A DNA stretch of 63,842 nt, filler included, from Octopus bimaculoides (taxonomy: Eukaryota), in assembly GCF_001194135.2 (NCBI RefSeq). It is 6 parts of 6 records of this genome, joined end to end, with 100 filler letters (N's around TTAATTAATTAA, not from the genome) between each part and the next. Parts side by side here need not be neighbours in the genome. Positions count along the whole stretch, not along the records: positions 61,800 to 63,842 come from NW_026338871.1; 5 more parts are not named here. One strand, given 5' to 3'. How positions within the stretch are numbered: the first letter of the stretch is position 1; each line of letters opens with the position of its first letter. Below are positions 61,900 to 63,842 of the stretch, piece after piece. Below the pieces are notes generated by a model. It saw only the letters and a list, made by a program, of their open reading frames with translations, made no database searches and was not told the DNA's origin. The position numbers and the translations under genes are program-made.

Positions 61900-62180
61900 G
61901 GAAACGGAAGATGGAATCATGACAGCTACATACATTGGGGAGACAGCAGGCAGCATAGGAGAACGTATAGGTGACCACACGTGAGAGCTCAAAGAAGAGA
62001 ACGGCTCGTCAGTGCCCTAGCAACATGCTCAAGCAGAGCATACAGGCTTAGTCAATAGCATAGAGGCCAAAGTATTATCAACGCATAGAACTGACACGAC
62101 ACTCAGAGAGATCACAGAGGCTACACACATAGCCATAGACAGACCGAGCCTCAACAGAAAACACGAATGGAACAATAACA
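61900..62180 (+). mobile_element. Penelope-type GIY-YIG remnant
   Basis: TYIGETAGSIGERIGDH...EAKVLSTH...REITEATHI...PSLNRKHEW with two stops. Confidence 0.8.
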
Positions 62181-62467
62181 CCCACCACCATGCCACACAA
62201 CATGACGACTGAAGGGAGGAAAAAACATACAAACGGCGTAATACACGTACAATAGACATATATGCACATACCAATGATAAATCTAAAAAAAATTAGAGAC
62301 ATAAAATATCTGTATAAAGGGCACATGTACAAACAACATAGGAAGCGAACTCATACACACATAAACACACATACGGTAACTTTACAGACAGCTGCAACAA
62401 TATCAACAACACGGCTAGCAACAACAACAACAACAGCAACAACAGCGATTACAACGACCTAGGTGTT

Positions 62468-62610
62468 TCACTGGTATTTAATTTATTGACTCCGAAAGGA
62501 TGAAAGGCGAAATCGACCTCGGTGGAATTTGAACTCAGAACGTAAAGACGGACGAAAGGCCGTTAAGCGTTTCGCCACGCATGCTAACGTTTCTGCCATC
62601 TCGGCGCCTT
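62468..62610 (-). mobile_element. SINE family 2 in a (CAA)n tract
   Basis: Reverse complement of 3382-3520. Confidence 0.85.
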
Positions 62611-63459
62611 AACAACAACAAAAGCAACAACAAGAACAAAAACAAGAACAACAACAACACTAATAAGGAGTGGCTGTGTGGTAAGAANNNNNNNNNNNNN
62701 NNNNNNNNNNNNNNNNNNNNNNNNNNNNNNNNNNNNNNNNNNNNNNNNNNNNNNNNNNNNNNNNNNNNNNNNNNNNNNNNNNNNNNNNNNNNNNNNNNNN
62801 NNNNNNNNNNNNNNNNNNNNNNNNNNNNNNNNNNNNNNNNNNNNNNNNNNNNNNNNNNNNNNNNNNNNNNNNNNNNNNNNNNNNNNNNNNNNNNNNNNNN
62901 NNNNNNNNNNNNNNNNNNNNNNNNNNNNNNNNNNNNNNNNNNNNNNNNNNNNNNNNNNNNNNNNNNNNNNNNNNNNNNNNNNNNNNNNNNNNNNNNNNNN
63001 NNNNNNNNNNNNNNNNNNNNNNNNNNNNNNNNNNNNNNNNNNNNNNNNNNNNNNNNNNNNNNNNNNNNNNNNNNNNNNNNNNNNNNNNNNNNNNNNNNNN
63101 NNNNNNNNNNNNNNNNNNNNNNNNNNNNNNNNNNNNNNNNNNNNNNNNNNNNNNNNNNNNNNNNNNNNNNNNNNNNNNNNNNNNNNNNNNNNNNNNNNNN
63201 NNNNNNNNNNNNNNNNNNNNNNNNNNNNNNNNNNNNNNNNNNNNNNNNNNNNNNNNNNNNNNNNNNNNNNNNNNNNNNNNNNNNNNNNNNNNNNNNNNNN
63301 NNNNNNNNNNNNNNNNNNNNNNNNNNNNNNNNNNNNNNNNNNNNNNNNNNNNNNNNNNNNNNNNNNNNNNNNNNNNNNNNNNNNNNNNNNNNNNNNNNNN
63401 NNNNNNNNNNNNNNNNNNNNNNNNNNNNNNNNNNNNNNNNNNNNNNNNNNNNNNNNNAA

Positions 63460-63842
63460 ATGGAATGCTCCCATACTGCTATAGAGAAGCAGCTTCACTC
63501 GATGAGAAAGGTTCAGAAGTATGGAGCATGGGTTCTGCATGCTTTAAGTGACAACAACAAAAATCAACGAGCCACAATCTCCGCTGGTTTACTTGCTCGT
63601 CACAGCGCAACTTATGGACACAAGCAACGATTTCTTTACCGAATCGTTACTGGCGACGAAAAATCGTACCTGTACATCAATATGAAGCAGCGTAAGGAAT
63701 GGCTTAGCCCCGGTAAACAAACGATACCGCGCGTGAAACAAAATCTTCATCCGCGTAAAATGATGTGCGTATGGCGGGACTGAGAAGGATTCCGAATTGC
63801 TTGAACGGAACCAAACGGTCAACGCGGAACTCTATGTTCAAC
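63460..63842 (+). mobile_element. Mariner transposase fragment, running off the window end
   Basis: KVQKYGAWVLHAL (WVPHEL-like), RIVTGDEK, HPRKMMCVW. Confidence 0.92.

Overview
AT-rich, gap-ridden eukaryotic scaffold, densely filled with microsatellites and transposon debris. The SINE families and repeat landscape suggest an octopus (coleoid cephalopod) genome; this is inferred, not verified. There is no rRNA, bona fide tRNA gene, CRISPR array or complete host gene. Almost all ORFs in the supplied track are microsatellite or N-gap artefacts. Supported content: (i) three SINE families; (ii) a decayed L1/Tx1-clade LINE (49.2-53.0 kb), plus a TSD-flanked ORF1-only 'half-L1' element (34452-36215) and a tRNA-SINE that both share its 3' tail; (iii) several Penelope-like (GIY-YIG) remnants and a series of minimal hammerhead ribozymes, some sitting in the loop of long fold-back elements; (iv) mariner, pogo-type MITE, hAT, Helitron, RTE, Dong/R4 and CRE-clade fragments; (v) three candidate minus-strand exons of an unidentified host gene, a promoter-like tandem repeat with a TATA box, and a CpG-rich island. 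Five 44N-TTAATTAATTAA-44N blocks are artificial scaffold joins, so adjacency across them is not real sequence evidence. All alignments were done by eye and many boundaries are approximate.
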